Source: Basidiobolus meristosporus CBS 931.73 (lineage: Eukaryota > Fungi > Basidiobolomycota). Taken from it: a stretch of DNA of 64,000 bases. Shown piece after piece: positions 12,671-23,970 of this stretch (position 1 is its first letter; each line of letters begins with the position of its first letter). The notes under the pieces are model-generated. The model did no database searches and was not told the origin of the DNA. It saw nothing but the letters and a program-made list of their open reading frames with translations. The translations under genes were made by a program, and so were the position numbers. Location: contig MCFE01000062.1 in assembly GCA_002104905.1 (NCBI GenBank), forward strand, positions 124,001-188,000, given 5' to 3'.

Positions 12671-13669
12671 ATGCCTCCAAAAAATAAAGCAAAGTTGTCT
12701 AGTTCCCAACCAAACCCCACCCCTGACAGCAACAGAAGAATGGTTAGACAACAGCTTGCTTTGACATTCAGTGCAATAAGTGGGGCTACATCCAAAAAAG
12801 TCCCTGTCAACAGTGTGCCCATTGAGGGTAATAATGCAGACTCCTCAGGCTCTCAGTCAAGTAGGCAATTCAGAACCTCTGCAGAGCTACAAGCTGTCCA
12901 TTATGCTCAGGCAGATGAGAATGTAGCAAATGCAGTACCCTCAGTTGAAGTTCACCAAGTGGCCATGATAACATTGCCACCACCCATATTAGCAAGTATG
13001 TTTTCAACTCATACCAAAGCATTAATGAAGCAATTAGGTCCAGTGGCTGATATGATAGATGCTATGGCACAGAGAAATCAGGAATTAGTCCAGAAACAGG
13101 ATGAGCAGAAAATACATGTAGAGCAATCAATATCCCAGGTAGAGAAAGCAGTATCTTTGCTGCAAAGAAGGAACTCAAGTAGCTCAATGTCACAGCCAAG
13201 AATTGAGCCATTTCCCAATGTAACAGCAGAGGAACACCATACAGTCTTTGAAGCACAACAACAGTGCCCAAAGATAAGGCTCACAGAAAAACCTATCACA
13301 GCATGGGAAGGAGACAATATGGTGTCCATACCAAAGCCTAAAAATCAAAAGACATTGAAGATCTGTGAAGCCATTGAGTGCAATAATGAAGAGTGGGCTA
13401 ATATACAAGAGGCTGTCAGAAGTCTAGCATTCCATCACCTCAAGGCCAGCATACCGTGGGACCATCAGGAACTCAAGGCCAAGCAGAATTCACTTTACTT
13501 GTTCCATGAGCATTATCCTGGATTCAAACCAGCAAACAGATTTTGGGCCATCATTGGTATGCTACAAAAGTATCTTAGGAATAGCAGAAACTATCAAAGG
13601 CAGAAGAACAAAGGTGCCATGGCTAAAGACCAGTGGCTTCCTCTAGAGCCTGTTACAAGCAGGGCCTAA
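12671..13669 (+). CDS. Intact 332-aa ORF divergent from the CACTA transposase; probable TE accessory (TnpA-like) protein
   Basis: Uninterrupted ATG-to-TAA ORF in a CpG-depleted block, 222 bp from the transposase 5' ORF; coiled-coil-like middle and helical C-terminal segment (EEWANIQEAVR...FWAIIGMLQKYLRNSR). Confidence 0.55.
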   Translation: MPPKNKAKLSSSQPNPTPDSNRRMVRQQLALTFSAISGATSKKVPVNSVPIEGNNADSSGSQSSRQFRTSAELQAVHYAQADENVANAVPSVEVHQVAMITLPPPILASMFSTHTKALMKQLGPVADMIDAMAQRNQELVQKQDEQKIHVEQSISQVEKAVSLLQRRNSSSSMSQPRIEPFPNVTAEEHHTVFEAQQQCPKIRLTEKPITAWEGDNMVSIPKPKNQKTLKICEAIECNNEEWANIQEAVRSLAFHHLKASIPWDHQELKAKQNSLYLFHEHYPGFKPANRFWAIIGMLQKYLRNSRNYQRQKNKGAMAKDQWLPLEPVTSRA

Positions 13670-13689
13670 AGCTCAAGACAAGCATCAAA

Positions 13690-16100
13690 GAGATGTCAGG
13701 TAGCTGGAAGAGTGCCAATTGGGGACAAGCAGGCAGACACGGATGCACCAGCACCACATATATCAAGGAAAAAGTGTGGTACCTCTCAAGAAGCACTCAG
13801 TCAAAATAGCAGTGAAGGACCTGGCAGTGATAAAAACCAGCACCTTTACAGGAGCCCATCACAACTACAGTTGAGAGCTCATAACCAGCGGAAAAGAAAT
13901 GTCAGGTTGCCAGAAGAGTGTCAGCAAGGGACAAGCAGCCCAAAACAGATGCATCAAAGCAGAATTTATCTAGGAGAACATGTAGTTCTTTACATGAAGC
14001 ACTCAGACACAGTAGCAGTGAATGACCTGGCAGTGATAAAGGAAAAGGTAAAGGAAAAAATGTATACCCAAGCCTGAGACAGGGAGGCATGAAAGAAAGA
14101 CTGCAGTTCTTGCCAATTAACGCTGCAAGCCAGGAACAGACTGAATCCCATCATAGCCAAGAAGAATTACCAACAAGAAAGCAGCTGTTTTCACAAGAGT
14201 TGGTAGCTGAGCCAGTTGAGCTACACTTGAGTAAGGTAGATGAGTTTGCTGAACATGGCAATTTGTCTACCACAGCCTCTACAGCCTCCATATCCTCCAT
14301 TGTTGTCAGAGTGGAAAACCCACTGACAGACAAGGCTACAATGTCAAGAGCTCAAAAGACTATGAAATGCCTTCAGTGGAGTTTTGGAACATTAATAGGC
14401 ACACCAAAAGGGTGCAGCACTTCTTCAGAGCAGTGCTCAAGAAAACGCACTGGAATATTGCAAGGATTTATTGCCAAGACTGGCAGATGAGGTGCTAGAC
14501 CTTGCAGTGCCGGCTGAAGACCACAGCATGTGGGCACCAGTGAATGAACAGTGGCATAAAGCCATTGGGTTTTTGCCAAAGTTGTGGAACCAGAGTGTTA
14601 CAACAGAAATACTTATTGAGTGGTGGACTTTAATGGAGGTACTTGTGGAGTGTGGGGTTGGGCTTAATGTTAGTGTAGGGTATAGAGACTTGTGTAGGTC
14701 AATACAATTGGCAATTGAGGTACAACTGAAGTTTCAATGGAAATAAGTCAATTTGTATGCATTAAAAGTAAGAGAAACAGTTGAGTCAGGAAGTAAGGAG
14801 TGTGAAAAGAGGCAATAGCCAACCAATTCACACAAATGTAGGAGTCAATAGAGTGTTTGGGATCCAAAAGTGAGCTAATTGGCAGGGAACCAATTGAAAG
14901 CCACTTATACATTGTTGTAATGAGAAATTTTGACCAAGTTTTTTGTGAAATCTGGGGTGCAATTATTTTTCAACAATCTCTGGATGGTGTCCCAATGGGA
15001 TCAGTACCTCTTAGTCACAAGACTTTACTTTGTGACAGCCTTTTGATGGGAACATTTCAATAATTTTTCATAACAAAGAAAGTATCTCACAAATAGCAGA
15101 ATAATCAAAGGTAAAAGAACTAGGGTGCCATTGCTATGAAACAGTAGCTACCTCTAGAGCTTGTCATGAGCAGGGCTGAAAACACCAAAAAAGTGCCAAG
15201 GAAGCATCAGGTGGCCAGAAGAGTGCCAGCAAGGGACACAAAGGCAGAAACTGATGCATCAGTGCAGCATTTGTCAAGGAAAGAGTGTAGTTCAGTACAG
15301 AGGCACCCAGTCAAGGTGGCAGTGAAGGATCTGGCGGTGATAAAGCCTGTGGATTTTGCAAGAGCCCCCTAAGAAAAGAAACTAAGAAAAGGCCAGCAAA
15401 ATACCATCATAATATTAGCTGAATTCAAAGTTTGTCAAAGTAACAACTCTGAGTATCTCTATTATTAGCTGATGTGTAAGCAAGTAAACCAATTCTCCAG
15501 GAGGAGACTAGGCTAACTAGCATCCATACAAAATTTGGTAATTAGCTGCCCATTACTTCTATCAAGAATTGCATTTGAAATTTTGAGCCCAAAACACCAG
15601 CTGAATACCGGGTGAAAATCAGATGAATTCCAAGTTTGTGATTTTTCACAGGGAGCCTGTCACAGGCAGGGCTGAATACTAAAAACAAGTAGTAACAAAA
15701 TGTCAGGTTGTTAGGAGAGTACCAGCAAGGACAAGCAGGCAGAAACAGATGCATCAGTGCAGCATCCATCAAGGAGAAAACATAGCTCAATATAAGAGGC
15801 ACTCAGTCATGGTAGCAGTGAAAGAATTGGGAGTGATAAAGGTACAGGTTAATGCAAAGAAAAAAAAGTAAACCAAAACCAGAGACAGGGAAGAGTGCAA
15901 AGAGAGCTGCTGCTCTCACCAATTAATGCTGTCAGCCCAGAGCAGGCTGAATCCTATAATAGCCAAGTAAACCATCAACAAGAATACAGCTGCTTTCTCA
16001 AGATTTCAAATTGCAGTTAGTTGGGCTACACTCCAGTGAGGTAGATGAGCTTGCAGAGATAGGCAATTTGTCTACTACTGCCTCCACATCCTCCATTGTA
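13690..16100 (+). repeat. Internally repeated TE-derived region (about 200-bp units x4 plus a duplicated ~270-bp block)
   Basis: Units starting caggt..agaagagtgcca at about 13698, 13904, 15208 and 15704; 14040-14310 resembles 15840-16100; 14310-15060 recurs at 47350-48130; 15380-15660 recurs at 58190-58450. Confidence 0.7.
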
Positions 16101-16124
16101 GACATAGTGGAGATTTAAACATGC

Positions 16125-18220
16125 ATCCAACAACACATTGCTGGACTTGATCAGCTTCTTTGACTTGGTATGGTAGAGCTGTGTGCCTTACACTCTTTGC
16201 AGTAACCCATAAATATGTATTTCACACTTTAAGATTCACTTTGACTGATTCCTGCCGCAATTTCTTGGCATATGCTGGGCACCCAAATACTCTTAGATAT
16301 TCTGAACTTGGTATATTTCCATACCATGCCTCAAAAGGAGTATAATCACAAACTATTCTGTTATGGCTCCTATTCTTAAGGTATACAGTGGTGGCAACTG
16401 ATTTTCCGCAAAAGTCATATAACAACTTTTTTAGTTTTGGCTAACCCAAAGCTCTTGAACAGATGTCTGGCTTGCTTCCAAAACTTGCATGTGTCATGGC
16501 GCTACAAATTTGCTGGGGGATCTACTATTACTTCAGAAGTTAGCAGATCTTTGATCATTTTGTGCAAATAATCAAAACTGATGTGTCTAAATCTCCTATA
16601 CTAAAGTACTGGTGTTTCTTCATTTAAGTGACTTACATTGGCTTGCAGATATGATGGAATATAAGTCAACTTGTTTAGATTCTGATCTCTGAGAGCAAAA
16701 GCAATATGGGCACTACTTTTATTAGTGATCTTGCATCCAGAATTGTCAAAACTGTGACTGAGTCCTTCTGCTGTGTCCTTGCTTACTGATTGTAGGTTCT
16801 TGGCTATATCTGGAGCATAAAGTACTTCCTTTAAGGTAAGTGTGTTGCTTCCTTCACTGCTTTGAAGGCTCACTAGAATAGTTCCTTCTCCTACTGCACC
16901 ATGTGCTCTGTTGTCACCCACAAAACCTACCTAATTGAAATTTCTTATTATTGGGTAAAAGGTTCTTGTAGTATATAAAGTGTTGAGATGCTCCTGGGTC
17001 AAGATACCATTTCTGCAAATCTCTGTTTGGGGTTGTGTTTAGTGCAGCTATTAATATTCTATCTTCTGTTGTTGCTGCATTTCATATTAAGGCTTCTTTT
17101 GTTGATTATCTCTCTTTTTGTGGCACCAGTCTGATGTGTGTCCATTCCTTTTGCAGTAGTTGCAAAACAGGTTGCTGTTGCCTTTAAATGGTATTGAGTA
17201 ACTACTTTGATGGATATCATTGCTTATTAAAGCATTTTCTTCTTCATTCTTATTGGTATATGATATTCTTTATTCTTTATCCAGGAGCCATGAATAAATA
17301 TGCTTTAGGTCAAGTCTTCAGCTCTGGACTCTAGGACTGATATAGCCCTGAGACTTGTCTGTCGGGCTGTTGAGGATGGAAACTATCATATCCTCCTTGG
17401 TATTTGCAAAGCTCACAGATTCAGACATATCCGCCAAGAGGGTGATTCTGTTAGAAATTTTGTTTCTTCTCATGGCAGCATCTTTGTAGTAAGGAAGGGT
17501 TGGAATTTTTGTCTAAGATATATACTTTTAGCAGCTGAACATGACTGGTGCTATTTACTGATGCCTTCCAAACATTCTTTGCTGTTTTTGCTCCCAAGCA
17601 TTGAATCAGCAATTTGTCTTTAACATTAAGGCAAATGCAGTTAAAGGCACTTTGTTCTTTCTTCTGGTACTTTAAGGCTTCCTCTCCCACACTTTTAGGA
17701 GGCCATTCCTCTCCCATGACAATATCCCAGAGGCCTCTTTCTTTTAGCAGCATCTTCAACATCATCTTCCACACTTGGTAGTTAGATCCATTTAACTTTT
17801 CAGCAAAGGATGATATTCCAGTAATAGCAGTGGTAGACAGTGTAGAGAGTGACAGCCTAGGGCTCATAACCTGGTGTAAGAGTCTTAGAGATATTGGAAG
17901 TGATTTGGAGAATAAGTTGATTGTGTGGTTTTCACTTAATGATTGACTGATTGTAAAAGTAGTACTTATACTTTTACATGGTCTTGGCATAGCAAGTACG
18001 TAGAATATGTTCAGGGAAATCATAAAAACATGTGTGCAAAGCTTGGGACTGTTTGGACAACTTATCTAATTTTCATGTTCTGAGTACCTGATGTTTTTGG
18101 TGAGAATATTCTAAGTAAATCCCAACAAAGGATTTGGTTAGTAATCACTAAGATTTGTAGGTAATAATGTAAGTGAGTGAGTTAGGTGAATATTTAGGTG
18201 GAATTACAAACTTTTATAAC
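16125..18220 (-). mobile_element. Ty1/Copia element A: 5' LTR, PBS, gag and part of integrase; 3'-truncated
   Basis: LTR 17872-18220; PBS GGTTATGAGCCCT at 17859-17871; gag EKLNGSNYQVWK...GLWDIV; GAG-pre-integrase and integrase fragments at 16222-16921. Confidence 0.88.
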
Positions 18221-21200
18221 ATTATGCACTCAGCTGTATACTTGTAGTATAGCTCCTTAAACCCCATAACAAGCTGCTTGCATAAGAGCTATAGGTTTGT
18301 CAAATTAATAAAGAATGGATAGTATTAACCTGAAAGCTTGAAGCAGTAAAAAGTAACAGTACCAAGCATTGTATCTTATCCCAGGTATGATATTAGAATT
18401 TATTGAGCCAAATTGCACGATGGGTTTTATATCAATCTGGCACTACCCATTTAGACAGGTCTAATATTAATGAGAGTTAGTGTTATTGTATAATCTTCCA
18501 TACATTAATTACTTATGGCGCAAGGTATATTCAAAGCCATTATTACTCCGGTATCTGTGAATATTTTCCTGACTTTTAGCTTTTCCACTTATTCCGTACA
18601 AAATATACACCAAGTTGCCTGTTCATTCAACTTCAATATCCAATCCAGAAAAATCACCTTTCAGATTCCAGATTGAACATCTATCATATGATTCCTTGGC
18701 GGTACAGAAGCGTCTTTGGTCACAGCAAATGGTAAAATGCCCATTGCACTTACCCGGAACACCATTCTGTTTATGATCTCTCTTGGATGATTTCTGTAAC
18801 AACGATTTTTAAGAATTCACAGGGACCACCTTAGCTATCGCATAAACTAATTAGATCACAGAGTCAAGATCGCTCGCATACGCGGAAATCAGCTTTTGGA
18901 CGGGTAACAAATGGCCACCTAGCAATCTGCACATTCAGAATACGCCTGCTTTAGCTGATGGTAACGAACGCGACGAAATGATTCGTTGCAATAAGCTAGA
19001 GAATCGGATGATTCCAGCTGAAATCATTCCTAGCGTGTTACTGCCGTGAATCTCATCCAACTCAATCATATATCCATCTTGGTGCACCACATTGAATCAT
19101 CTGTATAAGCATTCTAGGTTGTTAGGTTTGACAACCCTAAAGAGCTTTGAGCGCTGTTAATCGGCACCAGCGGAATAGCCAATAAATTGATGCTGATGAG
19201 GGTACATCTTCGGCACGCATTTATCGCGGCTTCCCATTTCACAGTGGTTACATTGGTCATCCTTAAAAGCGATGACAAGCTACGAACGTAATATGATCCG
19301 ATGCTACAAAGGTCGTTCGTACAGAGGTACAACCTCCACAAATAGTATGTGATTCAGGAGGAGTGGTTACCTGCATATTGCCAGAGAGACACCTTTCGAA
19401 TATGGAATTCCATGGCACCAAAAGTGCTGCATTGCATTCAATGGAACATCCAGTGCTCCGCGATTGAAGTGTAATGGTGTTGCGTCGAACATCAGTTCCC
19501 CAGCAGCCCCCTGGTTCAGATTTCTGTGTTTGTACGGTCAGCTGGGTATTAGTTCATTGTATGGCAATCCGTGGGAATGCACGAACTTATCTAACACTGC
19601 CGAGAGTTTCGTGGCAGGTATTTCATATAAGTTGGAGGGATCCATTAGGATTTTCCAAGTGTGCGCAACCAATCTTGGTGTGTAACATTCTCCCGGGTGA
19701 TTGTAACGTTGGGAGTACGTGGTGGTACTGGCACTGAAATTAATTCCATTTTAAGGAACTGAATCAGTGTTTTGTGTAGTTGACAGATTCTCAACCATTT
19801 CGAGAATTCCTATTCAGAGTATATGGCCAATTGCTCGCCTCACCGTTCAGTGGGTATTTGCAGGCCATGAAAGCAGCTGCGTGGGAAACTCTCTCGTATC
19901 TGTTGATTGTGTACATCAACACAATATAACTAGCAATCTTTAATTGATCGATTAAAAAAACCCCAACCTTTGTGCCACGTAAAGTTGATGTAATATGGAG
20001 AGATTTGGAATGGTGCCCTTTTAAAATTTGCTCTAGCTATCAATTAAACTAACGGCAATCCTTACCTCGGCAACAGGCTTTCTAAATGTGTCCACATCCA
20101 CGGATCGGATTCATAATTCAGAGATTTTTGACGTAGTGTTATATTTGCGGTAATAGGTATTATAGCAGCATTCCGAAGTATTCAAGCAATTTCCGCCGAT
20201 CAGATTCCTGACCTGATAGTACAGTACTGGGAGTCCTAATGGTTGTTCTCTCTAGGCACCAGCGGGGGCCCTGATTGAGATGCATCACTACGTACTTAGA
20301 TAACCGGTTACACACCAGTGTAGGCGACCTTTACTACCAAATCATGACCATCTAAAATAGATATCAGCCTTCTGTTAGCATTCTTTGGGTCACAGAGCTT
20401 AGACACTCTGTTACTTGGTTCACGGGTACAATAACCGATTGTCCGTCGAAATGCAAGAGCAGCATTGTGCAACATATACCGGAAACCCCACATCAGCTGG
20501 AGCGAATGCTCAACCGACCCAATCTCTCCAGTAATTCAGATGCCCGCACGCCATGCAGCATTGTGATCTACATGTCAACATTCGACTCAACCTGCTTCGG
20601 ACCAGATCAGCCATCACATCCCTATCGCCCACAAATATAGGAAATCCCGTTTGAGCAAATCGTCCTTCGAACAATCTATATTTGGTTCCAGCAACATGGT
20701 AAAAAGAATCAGCTTGATCGGATAAACTCGAACCAACTGGTTCATCAAACACTCGATCATTCGATTGTGATTATATTAAGTTGACCTTTTTTGATCAGAC
20801 CAAGGGTGAGAAAAATGCCATTTCTGGCAGAAGATACGTGTCAGATCTCCCTGATAGTGATTCACCCAGCAAATCAACTGGACAAATGGCCTTTTTGAGT
20901 GAAGTGTTCAGGTCACGAACGATTGTAGCTCTTGGCTATGACAGCAACATTACACACCGCCTAGAGAATCGAAGTCTCACATTTTGCTTCGAGATGCGAT
21001 ATACATCATTCATCTGTACACCCGGTTCTTTACCTATCATGAGGGGATGTTCTCATGAGGTCGAGATTTTTACCTGATGAAGAGGGCGTAGGCTTCTATA
21101 GCCTAATCGGGCAAAACAGGTCACAGACGACAGAGGAGAATCCAGAAGGACAGGTGAGCTTCGTGAACAAGTGTTCCAGTTCCAGTTGCTTAATATGGAC

Positions 21201-22581
21201 AATGATTTGTCGCAATAGTGACACCACCGATGTACACAGCAGCTGTGGTGGCCTCGCAGAAAAAAACCAAGAACATGACAAAACCTCCCCAAGCAATCAA
21301 GAGTTTCAGAGCAACGCCTATAAGGGAATTCAATTTAGAGGGGGAATTCAGCTGCACCGGTGATTGCCTGTGATGCATGAGGTCAATTATCGTCCCCGCG
21401 AATGCTTGGAGGGGGTGCTTTATCTTTTCGAAACCCTCTGTAGTCCGGTTTTGGGTTCCAAGATTCACCGGGCACGTAATCCAGAAGAGGCCCATGGCAC
21501 CATGTGGTGTGGGTTTTAAAATGAAAATTTGTACTCGATTTCTTCGGGTTGATTAGGCCATGCGTATCGGCATCGATCCATCCCATCTATTCGAGGTGAT
21601 TTACTCGGCCCGATAGAACAGGACATGTGCATTATAAGGAACTGCCCCACAACGAATGTGATGCTGATGTGGGTGCAACGGAGCTTCATTGCTTATTACA
21701 GGACATGGCCAAGCCTGATATCGCCAGCTCGACCCAATGTTCACCGCCATGCGGCCACCATCCTAGATACTGATGGATGGCCCCATGTACCAGCCAGGTA
21801 CATAGGGAAGACCTGAATGGCGGGCAAGTGAAGTGCACGAAGTCCACTCTTCGTGGAAGCTCGGCGTAATGGCACTCCCATAACCGGTTTCTGATCCACC
21901 AGAGACAAATGCGCACCATGCTTGATAAACCCGATGGCACAGTGTAATTCAAAACCTGGTTGTTGCCAAATGACAGTTATGCCGGGTACAAACACCAATG
22001 GGTTCATGGAAGATTCGTGAGTAAATCCCTATCTCAATGTGCAGGTAGACGAATTGAATTGACTCGGACTGAATGCTTGATGTGGAATTCATTAAATGAT
22101 CCCTCTGACTGCCGCAATCCGAAATGGTCAGTACAGATATGCTTAGTTTGGATATTTCGTCGTCAAGATCCAGTACTAGGGACCAAGATCGCACCCGAGG
22201 ATTAAATGCCATTCTTCAGTAGAATTGTCATGACACTTTGCTGATGCGACGTCATTGATTGGCCAGCGATACCCTATAGGAGCAACGGACACAGTTCTTA
22301 TTGCTATTAGGAATAGAGTTGATCTATTCCCAAAGCTTATCTGAAATTCAAATGTAGCTATCTTTATAATATGGCTGGTCTAGCTTTGCAAATGGTGAGA
22401 ACACAGACATCATATGATTTCTCGCGATGATCATTCGCTCGGTAGGTGGGCGATTTTTTGGCAGGCATGGTTTCCAAAGGTATATATAGGCGATGCTTGC
22501 CAGCGAGGATAGCCAACTGCGAAGTAGTCTGTGGATTGACTTTACTACATTTCATTACTTCTTCTTGATAGGTGCATCTCC

Positions 22582-23970
22582 ATGTCTTCCGCTGATAACT
22601 CTTCTTCTGGCAATGGCAAATCAGTAATGGCTAAGGTTTTGATGCCACTGAAGTGGTGCTGGAGACTTCTGAGACGAGTCAATCTCACAGCTTGGATATT
22701 CATCTCAATGGTAGTGGGTGTGCTGTTGGGATGGTTAGCGCCTGGCTTTTCCGTCAACTTGCAGCCCATCTCCAACGTTTTTCTGTACATGATCCAATGC
22801 TTAATTGTCCCCCTCATATTCTCGACGCTTGCAGTTGGCATTGCTGGTCACGGTGATGATGTCGCGAAAATCGGCAGATTAGCCCTCAAATCCATCATCT
22901 ACTTCGAGATCCTAACTGTTTTTGCGCTTGCGTTGGGAACTATCATGGCAAACCTTCTCAAGCCTGGCAAGGGAGTTAGTTTGGCTGGTGCTGATGCAAG
23001 CCAAGGAGAGCAGGTGGCAACCGGAAAGTCCATTACCTGGGAATCCGAACTGTACAGCATTGTCCCCAAGAGCTTCTTTAAGGCAGCTGTGGACAATGAG
23101 GTGCTGCAGATCGTTTTCTGCTCCGTAATGTTTGCTATTGCGATGATCAAAGCCCCTAAGCATGTGAAGCAGCCAATGCTTGTGTTCCTCACTAGTCTCT
23201 CCGAGCTTATGTTTATCGTGACGAAGATCGTGATGAACTTCGCTCCATTGGGTATTGGGGCTTCCCTGGCTTACACTATCGGGAAAAGCGGTGTCGGCAT
23301 CCTGGCCACATTGGGCAAGCTTCTCGGATACTTCTATCTCTCGCTCATTGTATTCGTGGTTGTTATCTTGCTACCAAACATCTTTTTGGCGCGTATCCCA
23401 CTTAAAGGTTTCATTCAATGCATCGGCCAGCCAACCCTGATTGGTTTCTCGACCGCCTCATCGGAGGCTGCGCTCCCTCTAGCCATGGAGAACTTGCAGA
23501 AATTTGGCGTCCCCCAGAGTATTGTGGCCTTTGTGATGCCTGTTGGATACTCTTTCAATCTGGCCGGAACAACACTGTATCTTGCCCTGGCATCCATCTT
23601 TGCTGCTCAGGCTGGCGGTATCAATATGCCACTGGGGCAACAGGTGGTCATGATGTTCACCCTGATGTTGACATCAAAGGGTGTAGCAGCTGTTCCACGC
23701 GCCTCCCTTGTCATCCTCCTATCCACTCTTCAAAGTTTTGATCTCCCTGTTGAGGCAGTGGCGGTGATTATGGGTGTAGACGCTCTTATGGACATGGGCC
23801 GTACTGCCATCAACATCATTGGCAATTGCCTGGCCACGGTTGTCCTTGCCAAGTGGGAGAATGACTTCGGGAAGCAGATCGAGGAGGACCGCGTGTCATT
23901 CGAACAAGACCTGGAGGAAGGCCATGACCACAAGGAATATGACACCAAAGAACAAGTGTACCACCACTGA
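22582..23970 (+). CDS. Dicarboxylate/amino acid:cation symporter (DAACS/SDF family, GltP/GltT-like), intronless, 462 aa
   Basis: LIVPLIFSTL, ALKSIIYFE, HP1 FSTASSEAALP, TM7 GYSFNLAGTTLY, HP2 SKGVAAVPRAS, TM8 DALMDMGRTAINIIGN; intact ORF with normal CpG content. Confidence 0.95.
   Translation: MSSADNSSSGNGKSVMAKVLMPLKWCWRLLRRVNLTAWIFISMVVGVLLGWLAPGFSVNLQPISNVFLYMIQCLIVPLIFSTLAVGIAGHGDDVAKIGRLALKSIIYFEILTVFALALGTIMANLLKPGKGVSLAGADASQGEQVATGKSITWESELYSIVPKSFFKAAVDNEVLQIVFCSVMFAIAMIKAPKHVKQPMLVFLTSLSELMFIVTKIVMNFAPLGIGASLAYTIGKSGVGILATLGKLLGYFYLSLIVFVVVILLPNIFLARIPLKGFIQCIGQPTLIGFSTASSEAALPLAMENLQKFGVPQSIVAFVMPVGYSFNLAGTTLYLALASIFAAQAGGINMPLGQQVVMMFTLMLTSKGVAAVPRASLVILLSTLQSFDLPVEAVAVIMGVDALMDMGRTAINIIGNCLATVVLAKWENDFGKQIEEDRVSFEQDLEEGHDHKEYDTKEQVYHH

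Noticed and set aside
17859-17871. tRNA-Met gene
   Set aside because: Only the 12-13 nt anticodon-arm match is present, next to an LTR end; it is a primer-binding site
20308-20493. Zinc alcohol/polyol dehydrogenase from the HDLVVKVAYTGV motif
   Set aside because: No following CGSD/GHE motifs found in any frame or plausible exon
21741-22007. LCAT/PDAT-like lipase from NPLVFVPGI
   Set aside because: Short motif only; no downstream family motifs (YDWR, HSMG) seen
22545-23948. Several minus-strand and alternative-frame ORFs over the transporter
   Set aside because: Shadows of the DAACS coding sequence
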